Shown here in pieces: positions 63,550 through 64,000 of a stretch of 64,000 bases of DNA; position 1 is the first letter of the stretch; each line of letters opens with the position of its first letter. Under the pieces are notes generated by a model. That model did not search any database, was not told where the DNA came from, and saw only the letters and a list, made by a program, of their open reading frames with translations. The stretch comes from Psammoneis japonica (Eukaryota): NCBI GenBank assembly GCA_008632985.1, contig QPGO01000016.1:158840-222839 (forward strand). Direction: 5' to 3'. The translations under genes were made by a program, and so were the position numbers.

Positions 63550-64000
63550 GGTTGCTTCGGGGATTGAATCCAAGACACTCTGGAACCTTGCAGCAACGTT
63601 CTCTTCTTTCTTCATGCTCACCAAGCATTGCCCAGAACCGGTTTCATCAATGCTCTTTGCAGCTTTTGGGCTGTTCTCAGCCCACATTGATTTTTCACAC
63701 AAGTCACTCAAGTCTTGCCTGATGGGAACACAGTGCTTCCATGGACTCGAGTTCATCATGCATGACACCAATCTGTGAAATGGAAAGACACAGAGAACAA
63801 GCAATGGCAAGTTGCAAAACACTCCTGACTCTGTGATCATCAGGGGCCAGTGTCTGGTTGCACCCCAGTCATTCCTCCTCTTTTTTGCCCTTGGCTTTGG
63901 TCAGAAAATCTGCTTTTTGAACACCAGCATCATTCCACTGCACATCTTCCAGCACAAGCCTCTCCTCATGTTGCATAAAAAAAAGCACTCTGCAAAGCTC
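63550..64000. other. Start of another TpA/CpG-depleted domain
   Basis: TA and CG nearly vanish after ~63550. Confidence 0.7.

Overview
Eukaryotic nuclear DNA, most likely from a diatom. Support: short GT-AG introns, a bipartite plastid presequence with an 'SEAF' cleavage motif, a CoDi-type Copia element, an Ambal-like non-LTR element and a frustulin-type cysteine domain. Gene blocks (1-5 kb, 33.8-47.4 kb, 49.3-58.1 kb, 61.6-63.3 kb) alternate with repeat blocks (~6.0-33.7 kb, ~47.4-49.2 kb, ~58.2-61.4 kb, >63.5 kb). The large block is a resolvable nest: an ~8 kb LINE (17-bp TSD) carries a Copia element (5-bp TSD, 223-bp LTRs) and two copies of a 567-bp MITE, and an ankyrin pseudogene is hit by two more insertions. 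The main finding is that the repeat blocks have lost almost all TpA dinucleotides through TA->TG and TA->CA transitions on both strands. Conserved Tyr codons of the transposon enzymes now read Cys or His. The two LTRs of one element carry reciprocal CA/TG states at the same ancestral TA sites. Two MITE copies differ by ~38 TA-destroying changes with none in reverse (hand count). This looks like a post-integration, DNA-level, repeat-targeted A-to-G hypermutation, the mirror image of fungal RIP. All calls are by eye from motifs; no database searches were run, so novelty is unverified.
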